From Cycas panzhihuaensis (taxonomy: Eukaryota > Plantae > Cycadophyta), in assembly GCA_023213395.1 (NCBI GenBank), contig CM041465.1, forward strand, positions 178,691,741 through 178,755,740: a stretch of DNA of 64,000 nt, in the 5' to 3' direction. This document shows positions 13,241 through 28,215 of this stretch, piece by piece. The position numbers and the translations under genes are program-made. How positions within the stretch are numbered: the first letter of the stretch is position 1; every line of letters starts with the position of its first letter. The notes under the pieces are model-generated. The model ran no database searches. It saw nothing but the letters and a program-made list of their open reading frames with translations, and had not been told where the DNA came from.

Positions 13241-16200
13241 AAAGGTAATCTTTGAATCTTTATTTTGACATTGCCATCCATGTATATTGATTTATGTGTT
13301 ATAATATATTATATGAGAGGAACATTTTACAACTCTATAACCCCTAGGTTTGGTGGGAAAAATGAAATGATTTTAAAATAAGGGGAAAATACCTCTCTTA
13401 TTCTCTTCTTTTTATATTATCACTATAAATGTTGGACTACTGACACAAGGGAAGAAAAAAAGTTTTCTTATCATCCTTTATATACCTTCAAAACTATAGG
13501 ATCCTTAGTATTATATACACTTGAAACGATAGAAATAGGATAAACATAAGTTATAAGTTGAGCATAATAATTAGATTATAATTACTCTTAGTCATGCTAT
13601 GAAATCTCTAATCTTTATGGTCTTACTCAATCCATAAAATTCTTGATCCAAATTCCTTGAGAATTTTAAGAGTGGGATACACTCTTTGAGGCATGCTTTT
13701 CCTCTCTTGTCTTAGTAAGTTCTTCCTTACCTTATTATTTAAAAAATTGAATACATAAGAGTAGAGTTCCCATGCTTATATTCTTCAAGTTTTGAGTATT
13801 TTATGGAGAAATTACTTGTTAATTTTGTATTATTCTTTATAATTATATACTATTTACCTGTGTTGTATGGCTATTTAAAAAATAATTATTCCATGTTGTT
13901 AGATGTAAATTATAGTGGGAAGGATGTTACATGAAAATTTGGCACTAGGAAAAAATGGTTAAGCTAACACTTTGATAAGAACACTTGGTTGGTTAGTGTT
14001 AGCCATTAATCTTCATGTACGGGTCACTTATGTCTGCTAATAGGAATTAAGGTTATTCTTCTCACTAATTGTATCTTGTGCAAAGGGGCGTCTCTTGCCT
14101 ATTTAGCCCATTTATTATAAAAGGGGTTGTTCAATTTGGTGTTATTTTGAACACTATACTTCACCTTCTTTTTAGTGATCTTTGTGCTTTATTAGTGAAC
14201 TTGTGTCCTCTTTCTTTGTAATTCACTCTTTAAGTGATGATAAAATACTGCTAATTTTGCTCAATATCTATGTGTTTTTGCTTAAGTTAAAGAATCATTA
14301 GAGGGAGACCATTTCAAGTGGTATTAGAGCTAGTTTTTAGATCCTTAAGAAGTATTAATTCAAAGGGGATTTTTTTCCCCCTTGGTATATCATTATGTTA
14401 CGTAACCTTCTGAGGTGAATAACATATAAACATCTAGTTACGCAGTTAAGATGGTATAGGTTAAGGGCATTTATTGATAGGTGTGCATGAGTCACATATC
14501 TCGACTAATGACATTAAAAGCCACATGGGCCTCCAATAGGATATTAGGAAATAACAACCACTTTTGTCTATTTAAAGTCATACATTTGTAAAGAAGGGAT
14601 TTATGTAATAATCTTCTCTAATAAGATTGTACTCACATACATTTACTCTTTGGTGTTTATTAAGCTTTCTTGTACCCTGAGTTGTGCACATTTAATAAAA
14701 AAACTATTTGCACTCTCTTATTGCCTATTTGAAGTAAAAGTTGTAGGTTGGATCGTAACAAGTGGTATTAGAGTAAATCCATGTTAATCTAGTGAGAAGA
14801 TTCAATAATCACAAAGGAAGTTTTTTTTTTTCCTTTTCCCCTAATGAATTTTTAAACCCTCCCCTGCTAATAATTTTTATTTAAGTTCTATTCTATTTAA
14901 TTCTGCTATTTGATGCAAGTGGGCAATACATCTCAAAGTCAACAAATCCCACCCTCCTTTCCTTAGAGTTTAGGTAGAGACCTTGTGTTGAGGGTCTATA
15001 AACATCATGGGGATCTATTGTTATTGGCTAAGCATAATTGGGTATATGTCATTGTTTGAAGTGAGGTGTGAATTGCATCAATACTTATGCCTCAGGTAGA
15101 AACCAACTATGGACTTATGCCTCCACATACCCTCAGGTATATAGAAGGAACCTTATAACTTATAAGCTCTCTCTCTAATCTAGTGTAGGTAAATTATTGA
15201 TCATTCATCCCTTTATGGTGCACATGTTAATGGTCAATGCCCGAGAAGCTACTTTGCACAAATACCTCTACATGGCTATAGACCTTACAAGGATGGTTTT
15301 TCCTCCATAGGAAGTGCCCTAGGATATTATGTTAAGCTACAATAATGACAAAAAAGTTTATCACAAGGCCTCCAAAGCCAAACACTCCCATATCGATGTT
15401 TGGTAAGTTCTCCTATCACCTATAGTCTATTATTTCATAAACACCTCATACATAAATCCTAGGTTTACTGCACCTTTATTAATTAAGCTGAGAACTACCA
15501 TAAATTTGTGACCATAAGTTATCATTAAGTAAATCAGTCACAATACCCTATTCAGATAGTATATTCGATAGTAAAACAATCCTATAGATTACATCAGGAT
15601 TATTAAATCACAACATATTAGGTAATCTACCTAGTTTGACTCTCAAGAATTTTTTAGTATAGCAAATAATTAAACACACAAGCTTAGAATTCCTAACCAA
15701 ACCTTCCACAACATCTACAACTTGATCCACTTGAGTTGAGTCCAGTTTTGCAATCCACTTAAAAAAAAAGAAAAAAGAAAAAAAGAAAGGGGCATAACTT
15801 TATTTATTCTTCTTGGATTTAAACAAGCCTTATATTATTAGACTCGTAAAAAAAGAAAAGACCTAAAAATTGACCCTATCAATTTTTGCATCTTATTTTA
15901 ATCAATATTTTGTGCTAACTAATGTCCACTAGGTTATTTTCAACTATTTGTTTCGGGGAAAACTAACTTACAAGCACCCCATAGGTCCCATTAACCTCAA
16001 TTTCTCACTTACTACTCATCTACATCATTATGAAGAGCTCATTATACTTATTCACAAGTACTAGGTAATTTTCTTTCTTAATTTTTAGGGTGAACAATGT
16101 ATAGGCACCTTGCACCCTATCCCCTCTCTAACCCTTTTATATATCCCCACTCATTTAACACCCATTCTTCTTATCTCTCCAACTTTTTGTATTCCTTTCT

Positions 16201-16842
16201 TCTCACCATTCCTTGCCTTGTTAAGACTTATTTTATAATGAGTTAATCTAAATGCCTTTCATCTTTGAAAACTCAATTTGTCAATATATAGTAGGATACA
16301 ACTAAGCTATCATTGGACCATACAAACCTTACCAAACTAGTTATATCTATAAATAATCAAATCTCTAACTTTCTCTCAATAACTAGTTCTAACTCTTCTA
16401 GTATGTCCCAAACTGGAGGATCCCAAGGTGGCATCCCACCTCCCTAGTCTACACACCAATAATTATTCAATTATAAGATTAATATACCAATCTTTGATCT
16501 AGATCTCAATAGGGATGTCACTCATAATTATATTAACAAGTTAGATTCCTATTTTGTACTCAACCTCCTATCCAAATCTGATCATCTAACTTTTGCCTCC
16601 ATCCACTTGGAAGGCAAAGCTCACCATTGGTATAAATGTTGGACCTATGAGTACTCATCTAATTAGATGTGGGACTAATTCTATAAATGTTTTCTTCAGC
16701 AATATGAAGAGACATGGAACTATTATTTTTTAGTCAATTGATGTGACTACGATAAACCATGTCAATCAAGGCTTACAAAGAGGAGTTCCAAGTAATTTAG
16801 ACTTGAGTCAACCAACACTTGGACAAACAAACATTGGTTGAA

Positions 16843-19800
16843 TACAACAATCTGATCCATGGGTTTCCCATAAAAGAATATCTTCTAAAGAAACTATAAG
16901 CTCAAGAGATATCTATTAAGAATTTAATAGTAAAATTACATCAAAGGAGTGTAAGGAAGCTTAATGATCACCAAAGATAAGATGTACTCTTGTACAATCT
17001 CAAAAGATAATAATATAGCATAAGTGTTCTTTTTATAATTGCTTGGCCTTATATAAGCAAAAATGACTACTAACTCTAGTATCCTATTGGCAGACCATGG
17101 GCCCTTCAATCCTATTGGTAGAGATATGTGACAAGTACATATGAATTAACAATTATCCTTAACCATCTCTTCCTTAATCATATGGTTATGGTTTTAGTAT
17201 TAACCTTCTCCATGCAATCAGATGCTTTTGTGCCATTAACCTTGGAATGTTCCTTAATAAGTCCCTCTCCATGAGACATTGAGTCATCGAAGTGCTGAAG
17301 GTATAGATGTTGCTGAATAAATTATTTTGACTCCCATGTTGCTTCATTAAGGTCACAACCAACCTACTATATTAAGTACTTGGAAATGGTTCTATTCTAG
17401 AGATGGAATTGGTGAGAAACTAGAATGCCCCTTAAAGGAATCATAAGGGTTTCTTCTTCATGGAGGATAGGTAGGGTTGTTTGAGGGATAATAACTTTTT
17501 TGAGATATTTCTTTAAGCATGACACATGGAAGACATTGTGGATTTTAGAGTTAGAGGGAAGGTCCAGAGCATATGCGACTTTATAAATTCTTTAGAGAAC
17601 TTTATAGGGATCATAAAAATGAGGGCTTAGTTTATAGGATTTCTTATGGTAAAGGAATTATTGCTTATAAGGCTAGAGACAAAGGAAGACCAAATCACCC
17701 ATAACAAATCCTCTTTCAGACCAGTAGTGGTAAGCCAATTGCTTCATTCAATTTTGAGCAGTTGCTAGGTTTTGCTTAAGAGTGTATAAAATTTAGTCCA
17801 TGTCTTGAAGTTTTTACTGTACTCCTACAGTTTAAAGATTGGTAGCCAGTCTATGATGTGAAGGTGGAGGATATCCATAGAGAGTTATAAATGGGGTCAT
17901 CCCAATGGAAGAATAATGGGAAGAATTATACCAATATTTTGTTATTACAAACTAAGAAGTCCAATGATTTTGATGGTTTGAGACAAAGTAGTGTAGGTAT
18001 GTTTCTAATATTTTATTAAAGACCTTTGATTATCCATCTGTTTGGAGATGATATGATGAGCTCATATTAAAAGAAGTTCTAGATGCCTGAAAAAGATCTT
18101 GCTAAAATATGCTCGTAAATTTTGGATCACGGTTAGAGACAATGATGGATGGGAAGCCGTGACGATAAAAGATAAATTGGATGTAGAGATCATCTAGCTG
18201 GGGAACTTTATAAATTGTATGAACTAATAAGAAGTAAGCATACTTAGTCAAGTAATCGATGATGAACCAAATTGAGTCATATCCTGCAGGTAATGATAAT
18301 CTAGTAATAAAATCCATGGTAATATCTTACAATTTACCTTAGAAAAATTTCAAGGGTTAAAAGAAGATAGGTTGGGCTTTGGTCTCTACCTTATTTTGGT
18401 GGTATGATTTATATTTTGAGATATACATAAGGATAGTGGATTTTATGTGGGGTTAGTAGAAGTCTAATCAAATTTAGCAGTGCATTTTATCAAACCTGGA
18501 GTGACTACCAAGAGGGATATTATGGTATTTGACTAAGATGTGGAGAATGAATGGCGATGTTAGATGGATAAAAATGTGATTTTGATATAGAAGATAATTA
18601 CTATGCAAAGTCTAGTCTTAATGATTCTTGACTTTATTGGACCATGCAGCAAAATCATCTTGGGATTCTTTGTCATGGATAAGGTCTTCTAGCCAAGAGG
18701 GTTAGGGGAGGGAGATGGCTTGAATAGTTGGGTCTACTAGAAGATAAGAAAGAGCATCTTTGATGATATTATTCTTGCCCTTTTTATAAGAGATAAAAAA
18801 GTCAAAAACCTGAAGTCTATTGACCCACTTAGCCTATTCCTCTAATAGAACTAGTTGGTCTAATAGCCATTGGAGGCTATGATGGTCAGTCAAATTGGTG
18901 AACTTAAATCTAATCAGATATTAGTTCTACTTATCTACTGCATGGAGAATAGCCCTAATTTCCTTTTGATATATTGAAAGGAGACACTTATGGTCTTTGA
19001 GTTTATGGCTTTCAAATGCAATGGGATAGAAATTTTACATGAGGATAACTCCTAGCCCAACTCCAAAGGCATCACATTCTAATTAAAAAAGTGTGGTGAG
19101 GATTATTATGGAGGATATGAGTATTTTTAGGTGATTGAATGTGTATCCAATGCTTGGTGAGAATTGAAACAAATCTTTATATAGTAAGTTTATAGAGGGG
19201 CTACTATAAAAGCATAATTTTTGAAAAAATGATAGTAAAATTTAGTAAATCTAAGGAAAACCTATAATTATGTGAGGTTTTTCAGCATGGGTCACTAAGT
19301 AATTACTAATATTTTATTAACATCTACTCATACTCCTTTCATGGAGATGATATACCCTAAGTATTGTAATTTAGTTTTGCCAATTTTTCATTTGGACATT
19401 TTGGCATATAATTGGTTTTGCTTGAGAATCTATAAGGTAAACTCTAAATGTTGGACATATAGGGCCATGGTGGTATAGTAGATGAGTATATTATCAAATA
19501 AAATAAGGATGGATTTTTGAAGGTTGGACGCAAAGATTTTATTCATTAGGGCTTAAAAGGTAGCATGAACATCACATAACATAAAGAGCATGACTTGAAA
19601 TTCAAAATAGCCATGGTGGGTTCTGAAAGTCATTTTATGCTTATCCTCTCGTGCTATAGGAATTTGATGATACCCTGATTGTAAGTCTAGTTTTGAGAAA
19701 AATATAGCCCCATGGATTTCATCCAACATGTCATCTATTTTGGGGGTTAGGAACTTATTCTTAATAATGAGTTTATTAAGTTCTCTATAATCAATGTAGA

Positions 19801-22800
19801 GCCAAAAGGAATCATCTTTGTTTTGAACAAGTATAATAGGTGCAACATAAGGGCTCTTACTAGGTTGAATGTTGCTCATATCTAGGAGTTCAGTTGTGAT
19901 ACACTCAATCTCATTCTTTTAAAAATATGAGTTTTGGTATGGTCATAAGCTAATGGGGTTGTGTGGGTTCTTTAATTCAATAGTGTGGTGGAATCCATGA
20001 TCTAGGGAAAGGCTACCTAGTCGAGGACAAAAAATAGATTGGTACTTGGTGAGGATTGTTTGAATATCTAGATGAATGTCTGGCTATAGTTGAATATTGT
20101 TGATTTGGACAATATAACCAAGACTCCCATTGAGTTACTCATTTGCTTAAGAGACATTAGTTTGTTTGGTGGGGACTAGAGACCATATAATTTATGCGTT
20201 TATCCAAATTGGTCTTTAAATATCATAAAGGGATTGTTTGGAGACTTATTGGTACTTTAAGTTCCTAAGGTTTAGAGCCATTAGATGCCTAGGACTATGT
20301 CTAAGCCCCCAATAGATAAGGCATAAAAGTCAGATCAAAGGTAATAAGTGATAATTTAAACTTGAAGATTTTGAATAACCCCAACACAATGAAGGCTATA
20401 ATGACTAGGTAGAGAGCAATTGAAACCTATTTTTGGTTTAATGTATAGGATCAATTACTTGGTGACTACAATATTAAGGAAGTTCAGTGACATACCACTA
20501 TTGATTAAGATTGTAATGGGGATCTTCCTCAAAGTCCCTCGTAGATGTAATTGGTCTAGGTAAGTAGAAGAGAAAATAATAGATATGGAAGGTTCAAGGG
20601 TGGGGTCAAGTTCTAATGGTGGAGGGGACTCTAGTAGAGGTTCTTCTTCACCTTCATCTTCTAAATTAGAAATAGGATCAATGGTAAATATTACTTTTCT
20701 AGCTTTGTAAACTCTACCATGCCTATTAAACCATGTTTCCATACACTAAGTATAGAGGCCTACTTTCTTGTGTCTATGTACCTCCAATGTGGGAACCCTT
20801 ATTAATGACTGCTCTACTGGTGAATGTTCTACTCGTTGTTCTACTGGTTATCTTCTATAGTCATCTATTCAGAACCTTGGGAGCCTATAAGGATCTAATT
20901 ACCTTGGGTGACTAGACCATGTTAATTCTCTTCTAAAGCTACTTATTCATTCTACTACAAATTTTGCTTCTATTACCTTAGTTACATTAATAACATCCTT
21001 AAGGTTGGGAAGAGAGATGGTCTTTAGCCTCATTTATATTTGATCTTTCAATCTAGTTATATAGGTTTTAATAAGTGTCTACTTATTAAGATGTTGAGTG
21101 ACTTGATTATGAATTGCTTAAAATTTATTAATATATGCTTCAATCGAGGTAGGCTATCTTAGTTGGGTTAACTGGCTAAAAAATAATTAGTTTCAAGTTT
21201 CCTCATACTGCTAAAAAAAATATTTGCAAAAACGCATCCCATGTTTGGTTTGCATAACACTCCTTACCCAATCATTTGTGCTAGTGGTGTGCTTTGCCTT
21301 TCAAATGAGTGGAGGCAAATATCATCTAATTTATATGGGATATTTTCTTAAGCATGAAGTATGAGTCCAACCTATTGATATAAGTACGAGTAGCATCTTT
21401 GTTAAAACCCAGATCAAAGATGGGTATATTGATTTTATGATTAAAAGTTTGTTGACAAATAATTTGTGGGGTGAGGTTCCACCTTAAGAAGTTCTGCCTT
21501 GAGAGGTACTGGATATAGTTGTTGATGAGAGAATGGGGAGTTGTATATTGAGGTCATAAAAATGTTGTGTTATTTGAGTGATTTACTCTTTTAAATTTGT
21601 AAAGTTTTTACTAAGCTCCACTTTGAGATTTATGACATTAGTTTCCAAAGAAGAAATGTGCTTGCCTTGGTTGGATGGTGCCATCATATAAGTCGACTAA
21701 AAGGGACCATTACGAAGTGGGATATAGTGAGAAGAAAGGAATATTAGAGGTGGGAGAGGTTATATAATACAAGTATTTTAAAGAAGTAGGCATTGACGAG
21801 AAAAGGGACAAGAGGGAAGAAATAGGAAATTAGAGTGTCAATAGACTATTGACCCCAAATTTTAAGCAATATAGTCACCTAATACACTAATATGAGCACG
21901 AAAAGCTCATCAAAATAAGATAGGTGAGTTGTCAGTAAGAATGTAAGGTGGTGGGACCTACAGGATGCTTGTATATTATTATTCCCAAAATTTAATGGTT
22001 AAAATTAACCTAATAAAATTTTGTCAATGTGACATGCTGATCAAAATAAGATAGGTAAAATTTAATATTAGTTTTGAGGTTATTATTATTATTATTTTTA
22101 ATGGTAATTTCAATGGTTTAGGATGTTTTAGATTCTGATAAGTATTGATAAAGTTATGGCCTTCTCTTTATAGGTTCATAGTGTAAGGGCCAAATATAAA
22201 GTAGTAATTCAACTAATTTAGTTTTATCGTGTGAGTGGAACTTTCAGATTGAATAAGATCTACTAGACTCTGACACTAGGATTGCTTAATTCTATGGGCC
22301 TTACGATAAACTTCTCTATCGATTTTATAATTTAGTCTAATATCTTAGGGCACTAGCTACAGAAGAAGGACCATCTCCATAAGGTCTACAACCATGTAGA
22401 GGTGTTCATACAAAGTGACTTCTAGATATTAACCGCTAACCCATGCACTATAGAGGATAAACAATCAAAGGTTTACCTGTTTTAAGTAAGGAAGAGAAAC
22501 CTATAAGGGGTCCTTCTATATACCTAATGGTATGTAGAGGCTCAATTCTATATATGAGTTTTGTCTAAGGCTTGATTTAATGGAGTTAACTGAAGTCCTT
22601 TATGCAAGGGTAGAAAAGCCACATTATGCTTAGCCTAGAATGATAAATCCTTTATGATATTTAAAGACCCTCAGGATAAGGTCTCTACCTATGGTGGGTA
22701 GTTACCATGTAGAATTATCTACCTAGGAACTAAGGGAGGAGTGAGAGGGAATGGAAAGGGTAGTTGCCAAGTAGCATTATCCACCCTTTAATAAAAGCTG

Positions 22801-23338
22801 AAATGATAAAAATTAAAACTCAAAGAGAGAAGTTACTAGAGTCACTCAGGGGGGTAGAGGAGTTCCCTTTTTCAACTTTTGATTTCTCTATAGGGTTGTC
22901 AATCCTTGCTTTCATACCACTTGTAATGATCTGTCCCATGGGTAGTACATAAAAGAACACTTTATGAAGAAACTAAAAGCTCAAGAGCTCTCTATCAAGG
23001 ATTGAATAGCAAAATCACATCAAAGGAGATCAAGGAAGCTTAATAATCACCAAAGATAAGATGTACTCTCATATAGTCTCAAAAAATAATAATATAACAT
23101 AAGTGTTCCTTTTATAATTGCTTGGCCTTATATAAGCAAAAATAGTCACTAACTCTAGTATTCTATTGGCAAACCATGGGCTCTCCAATCCCATTAGCGA
23201 AGATATGGAACTAGTGCACATGAATTAACAATTGTACTTAGCCTTCCCTTCCTTAATAATGTGGTTGTGGCTTTAGCATTAACCTTCTCCATACGATCAA
23301 ATTCTCTTGTGATATTAACCTTGGAATGTTCCTTAATA
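16843..23338 (-). mobile_element. Element C: full-length degenerate Ty3/Gypsy chromovirus inserted inverted into the gag of B
   Basis: 417-bp LTRs 16843-17259 and 22922-23338; perfect TSD TTGAA (16838-16842, 23339-23343); PBS (rc TGGTATGAAAGC) at ~22908-22919; PPT at 17260-17270. ORFs 19553..19879 (RT), 18102..18317 (integrase), 20455..20742 (protease region). Confidence 0.93.
17280..21687 (-). pseudogene. Element C gag-pol (degenerate)
   Basis: PSKSPY...IDYRELN...FSKLDLQSGYHQI (RT); MDFITRL...SIIVSNRDPKFTS (integrase); many premature stops. Confidence 0.88.
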
Positions 23339-26300
23339 TTGAAACTTATATAGTTGGTCTTAATGAATGAATTTAAATGAGGCTAAAGACCAACCAATCT
23401 CTTAGCCCACGGGATGCCATTAATTATTCCAAAGAAATTAAAGTGGAATTCACAATAGAGAGAACATCTAGCATTAGATGAGACACACCATGGTTTAGTC
23501 GCTAAAGGCCCATATAACCTTATAAACCTTTAAGGCTTTGAGTAGAAGAACCTCCTTAGTAAGTATTAGGCCATGTAGCTAAACATCTTACTATAGAACA
23601 ACTGTCAACACAAGTGTAAATACCCTCCTTTGAGGTGTATAAACACCGAGAGGTTGGCCTATGTTTATAATATATAGAAAAATAGTTCCCCATATATGTA
23701 AAGCCAAAGAGTCATCTTCACCATTAACCCTAACTCAAACTTAAAGGATGAAACTAAATAAGAGATACCCCTATAACCCTCCTCACCTCTTAACTCTAAA
23801 CTTGAAGTACTCATGTTCATTGTTTCTTCTTCTACTTGCTCTGACCTGTTACGTGTAAGAGGGACCTTAAGAAAAACCCCCATGATAATTTTGATAGATG
23901 GTGGCACACCCTTAAACTTTATTGATACTACTATAGTTAGATAATTAAATTTTTATGTCAAACCCAAAATAAGGTTTAATTGTTCTCTCTCAAGCCATGA
24001 CTCCCTTCATTGTATAGGTATCATTTGTAACTTTCAAGTCTAAATTGTCACCTATTAACTCATGTCTAACTTTTATGCTATATCCATTGGGAGATCTGAT
24101 GCCATCTTTAGGGTCCAATGGCTCCAAATACTAAGAACTTATAATACTAATAACTCTCCTAAGAACTCATTCATAATGATCAAAAAATACTATGACCAAG
24201 CTCATATAGCCTCCAATCTCACCTAACAACTCATTTCCCCTAAGAAAATAAGCAAACAATTTATTAGGAGCATCATATACATTATCCATATTAACAATAT
24301 TTAACTATAATTTGAGGTCAACTTAGATATCGACTCCATCCTTACCAAATACCAATAGGTTTTCTCCCCCTTACTTGGTGGCCCTCCTCCAGATCATGGA
24401 TTTCACCATACCATTAATCTAAAAAACACTCATATATCAAAATTGTTGCTTCCAAAAGAATGAGATCAACACATCACTAACAAACTCATAGATATAGAAA
24501 TCATACAACTAAGTAAAATCCCCTATATAACCCCCATTATGCTTGTTCGAAAAAAAGATGGTTATTTCTAACTTTATCTTGATTATAGGGAACTCAATAA
24601 ACTAACAATTAAGAATAAGTTCCCCACCCTCAGAATTGATAATATGCTAGATGAAATCCATAGGGCTATGGCCTTCTCCAAATTAGATTTATAATTTGGA
24701 TATTACCAAATACCAATAGGCCCTAATGATAGGCACAAAATAACTTTTCAAACTCATCATGGCCATTTTGAATTTTAGGTCATGCCTTTTGGGCTATGCA
24801 ATATTTTGGCCACCTTTTAAGTCCTAATACATAAAATTATTGTTCCTTACATTTGGAAGTTTATTATTATTATTTTTTTATGATATCTTAATTTATAGTA
24901 CTAACATGCCTCTATATCTCCAACATTTAGAAATTGCCCTTTGAGTCTTAGCTCAAAACTAATTATATGCAAAGATGTCAAAGTGCAAATTTAGAAAATT
25001 TGAATTATAATACTTAGGGAGCATCATTTCTCTAGTTGAAGTATGGGTTAATCTTGATAAAATATTAGTTATCATGTAATGGCCCATCCTAAAGACCTAA
25101 ACCCAATCACAAGTCTTTCTCAAACTGGTTGGTTTCTATTGTTGCTTAATGAAAAACTGTGCATCCATAACTATTGCCTTAATGAACTTACTCTGTAAGG
25201 ACTCTTTTTAGTGGCTACTGAGTGCTAAGTATGCCTTCAACCTTTTGAAAGGATCCCCTTATTTGGCTGAACTCTATATCTAATTTATCTTTTTCCTCCA
25301 CAATTTCCCATCAATTCTTATATTTTATAGAAATCCTAAATTCACAAGTTCCTTCTGGTAGAAACTCTTCCATGCATCAGGAACATCCCTCCACATGAGC
25401 TCCTCTTATCACCCCTAAACGTATGGGTAGTTTGAAACTCTTAATAAGACCTAATATACCTATGTTGCTTTACTTCAAAACACCAACATTGATGGACCTC
25501 TTGGTTAACCTTAGTTGAGTACCAGTATAATTCTTCTCGTTACTTTATAATTGGTATGACTCCATTCATGGCCCTTTATGGCTATTCCCCACCCTCCTAT
25601 TATACCTTGTCCATTAATCTCTATACTATTGTGGTACAATAAACACTATAGGACATGGATAATATCCTCTACACCCTTAAATAAAACCTGGCCTCTACAT
25701 AAAATTAAGTGAAGTAATTAATGGATTGCCACTAATCTAATAGATCATTCAAAGTAGGAGATCTAGTTTTCCTTTATATTTAGCCTTACAAGTAACAATC
25801 TCTTTGATATCATAAGTCCCATAAGTTAAGTCCCCAATATTATAGCCCTTGTAAAATTTTTTAACAAATTAATGTGGTCGTTTATACCCTTGCTCTTCAC
25901 CCTGAGACCAAGATCTATAATGTCTTACATGTATCCTATCTTAAAAAATACTTTGGAAAGTCTATCACACCCTAAAAGATCCTTCCTAGCCTCTAAGAAG
26001 AAAAAATCCTCACAGTTTTCCCCATACATATTCTAAACACTAACACTGCCATCTTTGGAATATAACCATTTTTAAATATCTGGTGTAGTGGGCCAGTTGT
26101 GTACTTGAGGAAGCTACATGGGAATCTGAAGACTTCATCAAGCAACACCTGTATTTTTAGTGCTTTGAGGACTTAACATATCATTGGGGAGGGGGGGCGA
26201 GGGGGGACTTGTTACATAACATTTTAAGGTGAATAATACATAAATATTTAGCTGCATAGTTAAGGTGGTACATGTTAATAACATTTATTGATGGGTGTAC

Positions 26301-28215
26301 ATGGGTTGCATACCTCCACCAATGGGATCAAAGGCCACATGGCCCTTTAATAGGGTGTTAGGAAATAATGGTCACTTTTGTCTATTTAAGGCCATACATT
26401 TGTAAAGAAAAAGACTAATTTAATAATCTCCTCTTGTAAGATCATGCTCACATACATCTATTCCTTGGTATCCATTAAGCTTTCTTGTGTCCTAAATGTA
26501 ATATGAGCTATGTACATTTAATAAAAGAATTTGTTTGCACTCTCTTGTTACCTACTTCAAGTACAAATTGTAGGTAGGATCGTAACATACTATAAACTCC
26601 ATTTTTTTCAGTTCACGTTCATTTCTATTCAAAGTTTATATTAAAGTTACAAGCAAGTAGCAAAGTCCCACTCTATCTTGCCCCTCTTCCCTAGTACTTA
26701 GGTAGAGACCCTATGTTGGGGGTCTATAAATATCATGTGAATCTATCATTCTAAGCTAAGTATGCATGCCTATAAACTTGTACATGATGCAAAGTAGTAT
26801 AACAACACTTATACAAGCTTTAGATAGAACCTGACTATAGAAGTGAACCTCCATACACCCTTGGGTATATCAGAGGACCCCTTTAGGTTCCTTGTCTTAA
26901 CCTAAAATAGGAAATCAGTCAATTGTTTATCTCTCTATAGTATATAGGTTATTGATTAACACCTAGAAATCACCCTATTTGAACACCACTACATGGTTGT
27001 AGACCTTATAAGGATGCATATTCTTCCATAGGTAGTACCTTAACATATTGGGCCAAGCTACAAAAATGATAGGAAAGTTTATCACAGGTTCTATACAGTC
27101 AAATACTCCCTTATCAGTGTCTGGTAGGCTCCTCCTAATCTTCTTTACTACTTTCCTAATAAAGGTATCCACCATGGAATTGCTCATACTATTACATCTT
27201 TGAAATCAAAATCATTTGTGTTGACACTATTATAACTCCTAGTATAAGTTCCTAATACTACTACACATTTGAAGATATTGTTACACATCTAAAGATACAT
27301 AAATTAAATTTACAACAATGATACCTCCTAAATATTAACAACATAATAAGAATTAATACAACATATATTAATAGAGCATAACGACCTTAATTATTTTTGT
27401 CTAAACCTTCAATAAAAATTTCTAAATTTAGTATCCATTGAGTCCACCCCTTGTCCTTAGTCCTCTCTTCAAAAAATAAAAAGGACAAAAAGAGTTTATA
27501 AGGTCACTTCATCAAATACCTCTCTATTTCTAACAAAACCTATGTCACTTATCATAAAAAAAGTATATCCATAACCATTAAATTACCCTACAAATTTATA
27601 GGTCTTATTTTGATCAACATGTCACACTAAAAGGTTTTTACTAGGGTGAATTTAACTATTAATTTTATACAACGATATATTAACACCCTACACGCTTTGC
27701 CACCCAATTTTCACCCTTAAATCTCACTTATACTACTTTGACAAGCTTTTTACACTTATTTCAGTGCTCTACGTAATATCATTATGTACTTTTTGGGGTC
27801 AATAGGCTACATGTATCCCCTCTAAATAAAAAAATCTTTTTTTCCTCTCTTTTTCCCTACCTATCTATATTACTCCCAACATTTCAATATCCTAATCTTT
27901 CTTTCCCCCTTTGTCCATAATTTTCTTCTTGCTTATCCCCTTTATTAAAAACTCATTCCTTTAGGCATAACACTGGATTCAATCTTTATGGAATCAACTT
28001 AGGCAAAGCACATTCAAAACTTAAAACTCCAAGTTTAGGAACTCTTTAGCAGTATCAACTCATTGAATAAAGGATTCATTAGTCTAGATTAATAAGTTAA
28101 GGATTCCAACCTAAAGCAAGGCTCCTTTGAACAAAAATAGAATGTAATGGATCACAAGCTAGATAAAATATTTCAATAGATATAAGTGAATCCTCACATC
28201 ACACCCTTAAGTCCA

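Larger units (their letters stand above)
14396..26587 (+). mobile_element. Element B: Ty3/Gypsy chromovirus nested in the leader of A; RNase H and integrase N-terminus deleted
   Basis: LTRs 14396-14760 and 26210-26587 (TGTTAC...GATCGTAACA); PBS TGGTATTAGAG at 14763; G-rich PPT 26186-26206; degenerate TSD CATTA/TACTA. RT 24500-25250 is joined directly to the integrase core at ~25255. Confidence 0.88.
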
